From Trueperaceae bacterium (GTDB lineage Bacteria > Deinococcota > Deinococci > Deinococcales > Trueperaceae): 64,000 nt of DNA. The notes beneath the pieces are model-generated. The model ran no database searches, was not told the origin of the DNA, and saw nothing but the letters and a program-made list of their open reading frames with translations. The stretch spans positions 2,848,001 to 2,912,000 of the forward strand of contig OZ243956.1 of assembly GCA_965214405.1 (NCBI GenBank). Direction: 5' to 3'. Positions 1-9,493 of this stretch are shown here, in pieces (position 1 is the stretch's first letter; every line of letters starts with the position of its first letter). A program made the position numbers and the translations under genes.

Positions 1-49
1 GCCAATACGGAATCAAATTTCGCAAATACCGCCCCCTACAACTTCCGCC

Positions 50-568
50 TCAGCCCGCACCGATGCGGCCTAGCAGAAGACCTATCCCAAAAACGATGCC
101 GCCCCCCACGACAACTTGCAAAACGGTCTGGCCGAGTGGACTTTTCATGTAGTGGTAGCGGATGTAGGCGATAGCCAAGAGTTCAACCGTGACGACGATG
201 TAAGCCAGGTAGAGCGCCGTCTGTAAGTCGTTGAGGAGGAAAGGGAGCGTGTGGAGCATCCCGCCCAGGATGGTCGCGCCGCCTGTGATCGCGCCCCGCA
301 CCCAGGGATTGCCCCGCCCCGACACGGTGCCGTCATCCGACAAGGCTTCGGCGAGTCCCATGCTGATGCCCGCGCCTATCGAGGCGGCCATGCCGACGTA
401 AAAGGCGGACAGGGGCCTGCCCGTGAGTTCGGCGGCGGCAAAAAGGGGCGCGAGCGTCGAGACGGAACCGTCCATGAGCCCGAGCAGCGCGGGCTGCACG
501 ACTTGAAGGACAAAAGCGTGATTGGAAGGAAAATCCGGTTGTTGGGTGGGGCCATCAGGCGTCTGCAT
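50..568 (-). CDS. VIT1/CCC1 family membrane protein (MbfA-like C-terminal domain), putative Fe/Mn exporter
   Basis: Motifs [29 protein letters not shown] and GGMLHTLPF; five hydrophobic segments. Confidence 0.85.
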   Translation of the reverse strand: MQTPDGPTQQPDFPSNHAFVLQVVQPALLGLMDGSVSTLAPLFAAAELTGRPLSAFYVGMAASIGAGISMGLAEALSDDGTVSGRGNPWVRGAITGGATILGGMLHTLPFLLNDLQTALYLAYIVVTVELLAIAYIRYHYMKSPLGQTVLQVVVGGGIVFGIGLLLGRIGAG

Positions 569-574
569 ACGCTT

Positions 575-596
575 ATACTAATCGGAATGATTCCGA
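575..596 (-). promoter_or_regulatory. Leaderless -10 box (TAGTAT) with adjacent 7-1-7 inverted repeat TCGGAAT-n-ATTCCGA, a Fur/PerR-type operator candidate
   Basis: Perfect inverted repeat at 582-596; -10 at 575-580, 6 nt before the ATG at 568. Confidence 0.55.
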
Positions 597-793
597 ACAA
601 CAACCAGTAGAAGAGTCGGGATTAGTCGGTGAAGTCTCGTTTCGTCACTCAGGCTGTTGCTCTATTGGACTGGCTGCTCGAGGAATCCTGCGTCAGACTT
701 TGTTTTTGGTTTTCCATCAGCAACGAAAGCGGCTGACGCGCACAGCTAACGTGGTTGCGATGCAGAAAAGACGTAGAAAGATGGCGCGAAAAA

Positions 794-1459
794 TCAGCCG
801 TCGGCAGCCAGCGGCGAGGCGTCATAGTGCGCCAGCAGGTCGGCGGGGTCGTCGTAAATAGCGATAGCTCCCTCTAAACCCGCGTCGTCCCAGCCCCCGC
901 AGCGCAAGCCGATGAGGGCGACTCCGGCACGCCCCGCCGCCTCAACATCATAGGGCGTGTCGCCAATCATCACGACATTCTCTTTGGGGAGGCTCAAATG
1001 TTCCAACGCCGCCCCTACAATGTCGGGTGAGGGTTTGGACGCGTCCGCGTCGTCGGTTGAGGTCTTACTTTCGATGAGGTCGGTTGCCCCGGCGAGCTCG
1101 AGCAGAGGCTCCAACGTCTCCTTTTTGGACGAACTCGCCACGACGAGCTTTAGCCCACGCGCGCTCATGTGCGCCAAAAGCTCACGGACCCTTGGGAAAG
1201 CTTGCAAGTGAGGCAGGTATTGAGTGCGGAAAATGTCGCCGCGGCGGGCGTCGATGGCTTTGCCTTCCTCGCTTTCCCCGTCTACGCCGACAACCTCGGG
1301 CATGAGCTTGTCGCCGCCCATGCCGATAAGGGGCCGCACCGTCTCAAAAGGGACGTCGTAGCTGTGTTCGGCCAGCGCCTCTATCCAGGCGCGCGCGTGG
1401 GCGTCGTTGCTGTTAACGAGCGTGCCGTCAACGTCGAGAATCACGCCGCGAACGTTCAT
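794..1459 (-). CDS. HAD-superfamily hydrolase (phosphoglycolate phosphatase-like)
   Basis: DVDGTL motif I, KPSPD, GDTPYD motif IV. Confidence 0.9.
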   Translation of the reverse strand: MNVRGVILDVDGTLVNSNDAHARAWIEALAEHSYDVPFETVRPLIGMGGDKLMPEVVGVDGESEEGKAIDARRGDIFRTQYLPHLQAFPRVRELLAHMSARGLKLVVASSSKKETLEPLLELAGATDLIESKTSTDDADASKPSPDIVGAALEHLSLPKENVVMIGDTPYDVEAAGRAGVALIGLRCGGWDDAGLEGAIAIYDDPADLLAHYDASPLAADG

Positions 1460-1490
1460 GGTTCGCCCTTTTCGGCTCCTATATTCACGC

Positions 1491-1751
1491 TTATTCTTTC
1501 CAGCCGTAGGTATCCGCGCCCGGACGAAACTCCCCCTCGCGTCCGCAGTTGGTGCAGGTCATGCTGACCTCGGGGGTGCCGCTTCCGCCCTCCGCCGGGT
1601 CGTTGTCGAGCGTGACCTCGACCTCGCCCCCACAAGCAGGGCAAGAGGTTTCTTCGCCCTCCTTCTGAAACTCTTGCCAGATGGCCTCGAGTTCACTCCC
1701 GCTGTAGTCGCCTCCGCCGCTCTTCGCGTCGTTCGCGTTTACGTCGCTCAT
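1491..1751 (-). CDS. Small acidic zinc-ribbon protein
   Basis: CPACG...CTNCG cysteine pairs; GGAGG RBS upstream of MSDVN. Confidence 0.65.
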   Translation of the reverse strand: MSDVNANDAKSGGGDYSGSELEAIWQEFQKEGEETSCPACGGEVEVTLDNDPAEGGSGTPEVSMTCTNCGREGEFRPGADTYGWKE

Positions 1752-1913
1752 ATTCAACCTCCGGAAGTCAGCTTACGCACAGGAGACGCTTCGGAAACGT
1801 GGTGCGCGCGGCTTTTACGTCTTTTATCATGTGGAGTCGGGTTGGCTCAGAAGATGTGAAAGTACCGAGTAAAGAGCAGACCCAGAAGCTTTTTCTGCTT
1901 ACCTCCTTTTTCG

Positions 1914-1954
1914 ACAACAGTGCATGTTTAACAACAGTGCTTTAACAACAGTGC
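1914..1954. repeat. Three direct copies of ACAACAGTGC in a divergent intergenic region
   Basis: Copies at 1914, 1931 and 1945; the last two are an exact 14-bp tandem TTTAACAACAGTGC. Confidence 0.8.
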
Positions 1955-2067
1955 GTGAGGAGCGCGCGCTTTCTCACTTCGAAATTTCACGCTGTGTCAT
2001 GTTTCACACCCGCGCGTGTGGGGTTTCAAACAGCGTCTGCGCGCTTTTGGGCGCAAAGTGGGGCGGT

Positions 2068-2862
2068 ATGAGCGCACCCACGATAGTCCCCCTCGCCCAA
2101 CGGTTGGCTGAAGAAAACAACGTCGATTGGCGGAGCCTTAGCGGCAGCGGCCCACAGGGCAGCGTCACCGAGGTCGACGTTCTCAATTACCTCGCCCGCG
2201 TGATGGCGGGTGAAGAGGACCTAAACCCCACCGCCGAGCCCGTTCCCGAGGGCATGGAGGCGTGGCCCGAGGAGGATGTTAGGGCGCACAAAGCCGCCCA
2301 GGCGGGTCAAGACGCGTCCACCCAGTTCACACCCCCCACCCCACCCAAAGCGCCCGCGCCTGCGCCTGCACCCCCTGTGTCACAAGCACCTCAGCCCCAA
2401 GCCTCAGCTCAAGCCGCGCCTCAGGCCAGCGCGCAACAAGACGCCAAACCCTACGTAAAAAAAGAAGCCTACTTAGAACTGCTCCAGAAGCACAAAACGC
2501 TTACCGAGCAGTACACGGCGCTTGGCAGCAAGCAGTCGGCAGGGGAGGCGGAGGCGGCGCGTTTCAAAAAGCAGGCGGCGACGCTCGAGGGCGAGCTCAC
2601 CACTGCCAAAGCGCGGGTCGCACATCTCGAGAAGGAAGTGGCAACGCTAAAGGAGCAGGCGGGGTCGTTTACCAAGGAGAGAGACAAGGAGCGCGACAAG
2701 GCTGCGGAAGCGCTCAAACGCCTGCCGATGCTCGAAAACGAAAACGAAAGTCTCAAAACCGCGTTAGCCGCAGAGCAAGCCAAGGTGGCGCAGCACCGCA
2801 AGGCCTCCGAAGAGCTGAGCGCCGCGCAAAACGCGCGTCCCTGGTGGAAGTTTTGGGGCTAG
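2068..2862 (+). CDS. E3-binding (peripheral subunit-binding) domain protein with Pro/Ala linker, coiled coil and C-terminal RPWWKFWG
   Basis: PLAQRLAEENNVDWRSLSGSGPQGSVTEVDV matches the E3BD pattern; ATG 2068 chosen as start. Confidence 0.75.
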   Translation: MSAPTIVPLAQRLAEENNVDWRSLSGSGPQGSVTEVDVLNYLARVMAGEEDLNPTAEPVPEGMEAWPEEDVRAHKAAQAGQDASTQFTPPTPPKAPAPAPAPPVSQAPQPQASAQAAPQASAQQDAKPYVKKEAYLELLQKHKTLTEQYTALGSKQSAGEAEAARFKKQAATLEGELTTAKARVAHLEKEVATLKEQAGSFTKERDKERDKAAEALKRLPMLENENESLKTALAAEQAKVAQHRKASEELSAAQNARPWWKFWG

Positions 2863-2896
2863 AAAAAGCAAGTACCGGGTGATGAGCGGTGAGTGA

Positions 2897-2920
2897 AACA
2901 AGGGGTTGCAACCCCTTGTT
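2897..2920. terminator. Palindromic hairpin, likely terminator
   Basis: AACAAGGGGTTG/CAACCCCTTGTT perfect palindrome downstream of the stop. Confidence 0.55.
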
Positions 2921-2967
2921 CTCCTGCTTCCGGTTGACCTACCGCGCCCGCTGCTGCAAGATGGGGT

Positions 2968-3831
2968 ATGACCTCATCATCCGAATCATCCGACGCACCA
3001 CCAAACCCAGCCGACGCGCTCACAAAAGCTTTTGTGGACGCTCGAGCCCGCCGCGCCCTCCTCACCCCACCTTCGGAGGAGGGCGCATTCGGGTTTGAAG
3101 AGGCGTACGGCGTGGGCGAGGCGCTGCTGCGTCTGCGCGAGGCGGAGGGGCACCGCGTCGCCGGGCGCAAGCTCGGCCTGACCAACCGGGCGGCGTGGGA
3201 GCCGTTGGGGCTCAATGCGCCCGTGTGGTCTTACGTTTATGACGACACCGTCCACCAAGTTGAAACCGAGGATGACGCCTTTACACTGTCGCTGGCGGGG
3301 TTCGCGGCACCCAAGCTCGAACCCGAGATCGTCTTTGGCTGGCGGGGCGGGGGCGCCGCGCCGCGCGAGAATCCCTGGGAGATTCTCCAAAACGTTGCCT
3401 GGCTGGCCTTAGGTTTTGAAATCGTGGACTGTCACTATCCCGACTGGCGCTTTCGCCCCGCCGACGCGGTGGCGGACTTCGGCCTCCACGGCGCGCTCCT
3501 CATCGGCCCGAAGGTGGACGTTCCCTCGGCGCATCAGGCCCTTTACGCTCAGCTCGGCAACTTAAGGCTGTCGTTGCGGCGCGGTGAGGTCGAAGAGGCG
3601 CAGGGAAGCGGCGCGGACGTGATGGGTAATCCTGTGGACGCGCTCACTCACCTCGTTGACACGCTGCAAAATTTGGAACACGCGCGACCCCTCGAGCCGG
3701 GTGAGGTGATGACCACGGGCACGCTGACCACGCCCGCGCCCATCAAGCCGGGAGAGCGCTGGACCGCCGTACCCGAAGGCGCGCCGCTCCCTCCTCTGCT
3801 GTTCCCTTTGACGGTTACATTTTTCCCGTGA
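2968..3831 (+). CDS. 2-keto-4-pentenoate hydratase / FAH family protein
   Basis: GRKLGLTN, KLEPEI, FEIVD, AVADFGLHG and GEVMTTGTLT motifs. Confidence 0.85.
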   Translation: MTSSSESSDAPPNPADALTKAFVDARARRALLTPPSEEGAFGFEEAYGVGEALLRLREAEGHRVAGRKLGLTNRAAWEPLGLNAPVWSYVYDDTVHQVETEDDAFTLSLAGFAAPKLEPEIVFGWRGGGAAPRENPWEILQNVAWLALGFEIVDCHYPDWRFRPADAVADFGLHGALLIGPKVDVPSAHQALYAQLGNLRLSLRRGEVEEAQGSGADVMGNPVDALTHLVDTLQNLEHARPLEPGEVMTTGTLTTPAPIKPGERWTAVPEGAPLPPLLFPLTVTFFP

Positions 3832-3913
3832 GCCTTTTTGGCCCCTAAAGATTGGGTAACGGCTCAAGCGTGCATCAAACCCTGCCAAAGACTCGACACG
3901 CCGACGCAACCCC

Positions 3914-4426
3914 CTACTTGCTAAGCGCCGCGCGTCCGCCCAAAAAGCCGAGCCACACAAAAACCGTGAGCCAGTGAATGAGAATGGCGGGCCACAATGA
4001 CCCGGACGTCCAGGTGGCGGCGGTGCAGGCCACGCCTAGAAGCGTGACCGCCACGAGAAAGCGCGGGTCGGTGAAAACGTTCAGCGCCGCGGGCCTGAAA
4101 AGAAGCGCGTTGACGGGGTGCGACAGAACGTAGAGCGTCAAGCTCAGCGCGGCGTAGAGAAGCGCCCCGCGCTCGTCCGGGCGGGGCAGCAGGAGGGCGC
4201 GGAACAGGCCCTCCTCGAGCCCACTCGGCGCGACCAGCAAAACGAGCCCGAGCTTTAAGTAACCCCAGCCCGTCAGCGGGAGCGGTGAAGGCTTTATAAA
4301 CCCGCTCCCGCTTATAACTAGCGCGGCAAGAAGCACATAGACAAGCAAAATGACGGCGAGGGAGCACCACGTCTCCCGCCCCGGCAGCGTCGTGAGGACC
4401 GAAAGCGTTCTCTCGACCGCGCTCAC
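3914..4426 (-). CDS. CPBP (Abi/CAAX) family intramembrane glutamic protease
   Basis: EEGLFR, YVLSHP and SGSLWPAILIHW motifs; start overlaps the htpG stop. Confidence 0.85.
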   Translation of the reverse strand: MSAVERTLSVLTTLPGRETWCSLAVILLVYVLLAALVISGSGFIKPSPLPLTGWGYLKLGLVLLVAPSGLEEGLFRALLLPRPDERGALLYAALSLTLYVLSHPVNALLFRPAALNVFTDPRFLVAVTLLGVACTAATWTSGSLWPAILIHWLTVFVWLGFLGGRAALSK

Positions 4427-6366
4427 TCGAGCCCGGTCGCCTCCGTTTTCTCCTTGTCATCTTCAAAGTTGTCTTCAAAAACCCGTTTCGCCATCCCCGC
4501 TGCGGCCTGCTCCATAAGCCGCCGAATCCGGGGCACCATCGCGGCGGGGTTGGGGTGAAGGCCTTCCATCACGAGTTCGTTTTCGAACATCTGCTCGAGC
4601 AGCAGCGGCAGGAGCGGGTCTTTGTCATCTTCACGGAGCCGTTCGGCGAGACCCTGAACGAGCGGGCTCTTTGGGTTGAGTTCGAGGATTTTCTTGGGCA
4701 CCTCCGCACCCCGGCTTGCACCCCTGCCCATGAGGCGCTGCACGCGGTACGCGCCCGCGTCTTCATGGGGCGGGTTCACGAGCCGCGCCGCGCCCTCGGT
4801 CAAGAGCTTGCTCTCGCGCACGCCCGCGACCCGGTCGCCCAAAATCTGTTTGGCAAACGCCGTGAGCGAGATGAAATCTTCATCCTTGGGTGTCTCGAGT
4901 TTTTTGTCCTCGGGGAACTCGGGTAACTCGAGGTCGGCGTCGTCGATGTTTTTGAGAAGCTTGCCCTCGTAGTTCAATAAGCCCATGACCAAAAACGCGT
5001 CTACCGGGTCGGTAAACAGGAGCACTTCTAGGTCGTGCTTTCTAAAATACTCGAGGTGCGCGCTTCTGGACACCGTCTCGTAATCGTCGCCCAAAAGGTA
5101 GTAAATCTCGTTCTGGTCGGGCTTCATGCGCGCTACATAACCTTTGAGTGAGGTCCACTCGGCGTCTCGGCTCGAGGAGAAGCGCAGGAGGTCGGTAAAG
5201 CGCTCCGCGCCCTCCGCGTGGGTGGCGACGCCCTCTTTGAGAAAGGGGCCGAACTCGCGGAAGAGCGCACGGAAGCGCTCGGGGTCCTCGTCGGCCAGCG
5301 CGGCCAAGTCGCTCGCCACGCGCCCCGTCAGCACCTTGCGGATGCGCGCCACCGCGGGCGTCGCCTGCACCGACTCGCGCGAGACGTTGAGGGGCAGGTC
5401 CTCGGAATCCACCACGCCCTCCAAAAAGCGCAGGTAGGGTGGCAGGAGTTCTTTAACGTGCTCGCGGATAAGGACTTTGCGCGCGTAGAGCTTGAGCCCG
5501 TAGTCGTCAAGACGGCCAAAGGGTTGGTAGTCGCGGCTCGAGGGCACAAACAAAAGCGCGTAAAACTGGATGGGCAGGTCCGCCGTAACGTGAACCGTCC
5601 TCAGCGGTTCTTTCGCGTCGTAGGTGAGTTGCTGATAAAACTTGGTGTACTGCTCACCCTCGAGTCCCCGCGCCGGTTCGCGCCAAAGCGCGCGCTGCGC
5701 GTTGACTTGCGTCCATTCCGAGCCCTCCTTGAGATAAATGGGAAAAGCCACAAAATCCGAGTGCGTCTTGACGACGCCTCGCAGGCGGTAGGGTTCCGCA
5801 AACTCCCCCGCGTCCTCTTTGAGTTTGAGCGTAACGGTCGTGCCGCGCTCCTCTTTGTCCGCCGGGCCGACCTCATAGCTTCCCCCGCCGTCGGAGCGCC
5901 AAAAGGCCGCCTCGGCCTCGGGGCGGTAAGAGCGTGACGTCACCGTTACCTCGTCGGCGACCATAAACACCGAGTAGAAGCCCACGCCGAACCTGCCGAT
6001 AACGTCCACCGTACTGCCCGCGCTCCCCGCGTTAAGTTTCATCGTCTCGACAAACGCTTTTGCGCCCGAGTGGGCGATGGTCCCCAGCGACGTAACCATC
6101 TCGTCCTCGGTGAGGCCTAAACCCGTGTCGCGCACCGTCAGCGTGCGCGCGTCTTTGTCGCTCTCTATCCAGACGGCCAACTCGGCCTGCGGGTCCACGA
6201 CGTCCCCTCTCTGGAGCGTCTCGAGCTTGACCCTGTGAAGCGCGTCGGAGGCGTTCGAGACGAGCTCGCGCAAGAAAATCTCGCGTTCGGTGTAGAGCGA
6301 GTGGATGAGAATGTCTAAAACCTGCTTGATTTCGGCCTTGAACTCGGTGCGTTTTGTTCCTTCCAT
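4423..6366 (-). CDS. htpG: Molecular chaperone HtpG (Hsp90)
   Basis: EIFLRELVSNASDA, IGRFGVGFYS, GVVDSEDLPLNVSRE. Confidence 0.97.
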   Translation of the reverse strand: MEGTKRTEFKAEIKQVLDILIHSLYTEREIFLRELVSNASDALHRVKLETLQRGDVVDPQAELAVWIESDKDARTLTVRDTGLGLTEDEMVTSLGTIAHSGAKAFVETMKLNAGSAGSTVDVIGRFGVGFYSVFMVADEVTVTSRSYRPEAEAAFWRSDGGGSYEVGPADKEERGTTVTLKLKEDAGEFAEPYRLRGVVKTHSDFVAFPIYLKEGSEWTQVNAQRALWREPARGLEGEQYTKFYQQLTYDAKEPLRTVHVTADLPIQFYALLFVPSSRDYQPFGRLDDYGLKLYARKVLIREHVKELLPPYLRFLEGVVDSEDLPLNVSRESVQATPAVARIRKVLTGRVASDLAALADEDPERFRALFREFGPFLKEGVATHAEGAERFTDLLRFSSSRDAEWTSLKGYVARMKPDQNEIYYLLGDDYETVSRSAHLEYFRKHDLEVLLFTDPVDAFLVMGLLNYEGKLLKNIDDADLELPEFPEDKKLETPKDEDFISLTAFAKQILGDRVAGVRESKLLTEGAARLVNPPHEDAGAYRVQRLMGRGASRGAEVPKKILELNPKSPLVQGLAERLREDDKDPLLPLLLEQMFENELVMEGLHPNPAAMVPRIRRLMEQAAAGMAKRVFEDNFEDDKEKTEATGLE

Positions 6367-6999
6367 AACAGACCCCCTGCGGCGCTACTTGCAGTAGGTA
6401 GACCACGGGCGTCAATCATCCCTGTGAGCGAATTCAACCTACAAATTATCGTGCAGGACGTAGGTTCGTCGATGACCGGTGCTCCGTAGAGGGTATATCT
6501 GCGTCGGTAGACTCAGCGTTTCTGAGAACCGCTTAGTGCGCCCTTTCCAGCCTAACGCGGCGGACCCCGAGCTTCAAGAGAGGGGATGACTGAGGGGATG
6601 ACTTGGGCGAGAGCGCTTGAAGGAGCAACCCTGAAAAAACTCTCCAAAAGAGAATGACCTCACGTGGGAGGCGTGAGGCCGGGGAGAGAAATGGGATGAG
6701 GCGGGAGGGGACCTTCATCCGTTCTTAACGTAACAGGGGAAGTCTTACAAAATTCTTACAGACGTTCGCGTGGGTTGTGCAGGTGACGTGGCGAGGGTTT
6801 TGTGAGAGGCGTAAAGTGCAGGTCCGGAAAGCGTGCCAAAGGTGTAACCTAACGCATCGGCACAGCCTTGCACATTTGGTAGCGTACATCCGGAATTTGC
6901 AGGTTGGGTGTAACTAGACTGGGACGACGCATTCGCTGTGACAGGACACACTTCAACTTACACCTCAACGACCCTAGACGGCCTGCGGGAGGCACATTT

Positions 7000-9477
7000 G
7001 TGAAAAGATCTCTTTTTCTCCTTCTCATCCCTTTTCTGTTGCTCATTGGGTGCGACCAAAACCCCAATCAGAGCGACACGACCAAACCCACCGTACGGAT
7101 AGCTTTAGAGGGTACAACCAACACCTCCGGCGCGTATACGGACAGCGCCAAAGTGACCGTCACGGCGGCGGACACGGGCGGCTCTGGTTTGAGCACGACC
7201 GAGTACAGCTTGAACGGTTCTTCTTTTCAAGCCTACAGCCAACCCTTTACCCTCACCACACCCGGTGAGTACGTCGTAAGGGCTCGAGCCACCGACGGCG
7301 CTGGCAACGTTGGTGAGAGTGAAAAAACCTTTACCGTTGTGAAAGGCGGCGCGCCCGCAGATGCGGTTGACCCGACGGTGACCCTTACGTTGAGCGGCGC
7401 TACCAACGCTTCCGGTGCTTATCAGGGCAAGGCCACGGTGACGATTGCGGCAACGGACGCGGGCGGCTCGGGTTTGGCTGCGGTTGAATATAGTCTCGAC
7501 GGCGCGCTTCCCGTTCGCTATAATGCACCCTTTGAGGTCACGACCTCGGGTGAGCACACGGTCGTCGTCAGGGCCAGCGACAACGCGGGCAACACGGCGG
7601 AAGCGACTGAAACGTTCACCATAGTGGATGGCACCCAACCCGACACCACCAACCCAACCGTGTCGGCGGCGGTCACCGGCACCCAACGGTCTCCCGGCGT
7701 CTATGAAACCAGCGCCACCGTGACCATCACGGCGGCGGACGAGGGCGGCTCCGGCTTGGCTAAAACCGAGTACAGCCTAGACGGCGGCCCCTTTCAGAGT
7801 TACAGCGCCCCCTTTAGCGTCTCGACGGTCGGCAACCACACGGTGACCGCCAGAGCCACCGACGGCGCGGGTAATGTGGCTGAAAGTACCCTCACCTTTC
7901 AGGTCGTCGGTAGCGGCACGCCGACCGCGCCTACGCCTAACGCGGCGGAAGTCACGCTCAACAACTTAGACGGCGCGCCTTATGATGACCGCCTTGTATT
8001 TAGTCGTATCCAAAATCCGGAAGATGGTACCAAACTCAAACCTGATGACTCCTGCTGCCGTTTGCCCAACGTAGTTCACGACACCGCGACCGTAAGAATT
8101 ATCAACACAGGCAGCGCCCCCCTCGAGATAACCGACTTACCCATCCAAGGCGCCTGGCAGCTCGTGTCCCCTCCTTCTCTGCCGACGACGGTCGCTGTTA
8201 ACGGTAGTCTCAACCTGACGCTCAAGTTTGTGGCGACCGGGGGAGACCTCAATACAGGTACGATGACAATCGTCTCGAGCGCGTCGAGCAACCAGTACAA
8301 AGTCGTCGAACTCGCGGGCTTTTGGCAAGAGTTCTCGGAACAAGACAGAGAACCCTCACTCCAGGAGCTAGTCAAGCTATTTGGTTACAAAACTACCATC
8401 ACTAAGTCGGGTCAGCCGCTTAACAACAAGGGCCGGGTCGAGGCCGTCGGCGATGAGGTTCTCTCGCCCTACTGGCAGCGTGCGGACACCAGCAAACCCG
8501 TCACGGTGCGCCAACTCGCCGCTTACCACATTCAAGGAAACGTCAGCAGCCTCTACTGGTATGAAAAGAAGGAGGGTTACAGCGCTGCAGCCCCCTCCAC
8601 CAACCGACTCTTTGTACATGACGAAGAAGAGGGGCAGACGGTACTGCCTAGCAGGATAGACACCAGGAACAACCCGGTCAAAGGCAGCTTCACGTCCAAC
8701 GGCGTGTTTGGTTTCAAGGTAGACAATGAGTGGAGCGACTGGAGACTTAACACCATAGGTGAGGTGCCCGACGGCAAAGGGGGCACGACTATTATAGACA
8801 AAGACTGCTTGGAACAGAGGGCGCGCAATGCATCCATCGTTTGCGGTCACCACATCCGTTTCTGGGTCGCCGAAGACCGCACGGGTGCCGTGATCCCCAA
8901 TACCTACTTAATGGGGATGGACTACGCGGGCATCAACTACGACTTCAACGATAACGTTTACCTTATCTCCAACGTTACCCCCGCTGACCTCGCGCCCTAC
9001 CGCATCAACGTGGCCGGAAGCGGCTCGTACACGAGCGGCGAAGGGGTCTGGTATACCGACACCGGGAGCGGTCTCTTCAGGCCCTCAACAGCCAAGGTCG
9101 AAAGTCCTGACAAGTTGCCCATCGACAACACGACGGACGACCAACTATACTGGACCTACCGCGGCAACGTGGAAGAAAGCACACCGCAAAATCAGCGCCA
9201 ACTCGTCTACAATCTTCCCTTAACTGACGGAACTTACAACCTCACGCTCTACTTCGCTGAACGGTTCTGGAACGAGGCCGGTAAGCGCGTGTTTGACGTG
9301 TCCGTTGAAGGCAAACTCCAGCTCGACAACTTTGACATCTTTGCAGAAAGCGGGGGCAAGAACACAGCTATCACCCAGACATTCGAGAACATCAGCGTAA
9401 CCGACGGCAACCTCACCATCGTCTTTGACCCTTCGGTAAACTTTGCATCCGTCGCGGCCATCAAAGTTACCAAATAA
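7000..9477 (+). CDS. Large lipoprotein: three Ig-like repeats, a further beta-rich region and a C-terminal malectin domain
   Basis: GTG start after GGAGG; lipobox LIGC; three repeats DxxxPTV...GGSGL...EYSLDG...RATDGAGNV; malectin-like YFAERFW...GKRVFDVSVEG...FDIFAESGGKN. Confidence 0.8.
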   Translation: MKRSLFLLLIPFLLLIGCDQNPNQSDTTKPTVRIALEGTTNTSGAYTDSAKVTVTAADTGGSGLSTTEYSLNGSSFQAYSQPFTLTTPGEYVVRARATDGAGNVGESEKTFTVVKGGAPADAVDPTVTLTLSGATNASGAYQGKATVTIAATDAGGSGLAAVEYSLDGALPVRYNAPFEVTTSGEHTVVVRASDNAGNTAEATETFTIVDGTQPDTTNPTVSAAVTGTQRSPGVYETSATVTITAADEGGSGLAKTEYSLDGGPFQSYSAPFSVSTVGNHTVTARATDGAGNVAESTLTFQVVGSGTPTAPTPNAAEVTLNNLDGAPYDDRLVFSRIQNPEDGTKLKPDDSCCRLPNVVHDTATVRIINTGSAPLEITDLPIQGAWQLVSPPSLPTTVAVNGSLNLTLKFVATGGDLNTGTMTIVSSASSNQYKVVELAGFWQEFSEQDREPSLQELVKLFGYKTTITKSGQPLNNKGRVEAVGDEVLSPYWQRADTSKPVTVRQLAAYHIQGNVSSLYWYEKKEGYSAAAPSTNRLFVHDEEEGQTVLPSRIDTRNNPVKGSFTSNGVFGFKVDNEWSDWRLNTIGEVPDGKGGTTIIDKDCLEQRARNASIVCGHHIRFWVAEDRTGAVIPNTYLMGMDYAGINYDFNDNVYLISNVTPADLAPYRINVAGSGSYTSGEGVWYTDTGSGLFRPSTAKVESPDKLPIDNTTDDQLYWTYRGNVEESTPQNQRQLVYNLPLTDGTYNLTLYFAERFWNEAGKRVFDVSVEGKLQLDNFDIFAESGGKNTAITQTFENISVTDGNLTIVFDPSVNFASVAAIKVTK

Positions 9478-9493
9478 CTTAGCGGAGTGATTC

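Noticed and set aside
6580..6603. 12-bp tandem GAGGGGATGACT x2
   Set aside because: Two copies only; most likely a slippage duplication with no functional evidence.
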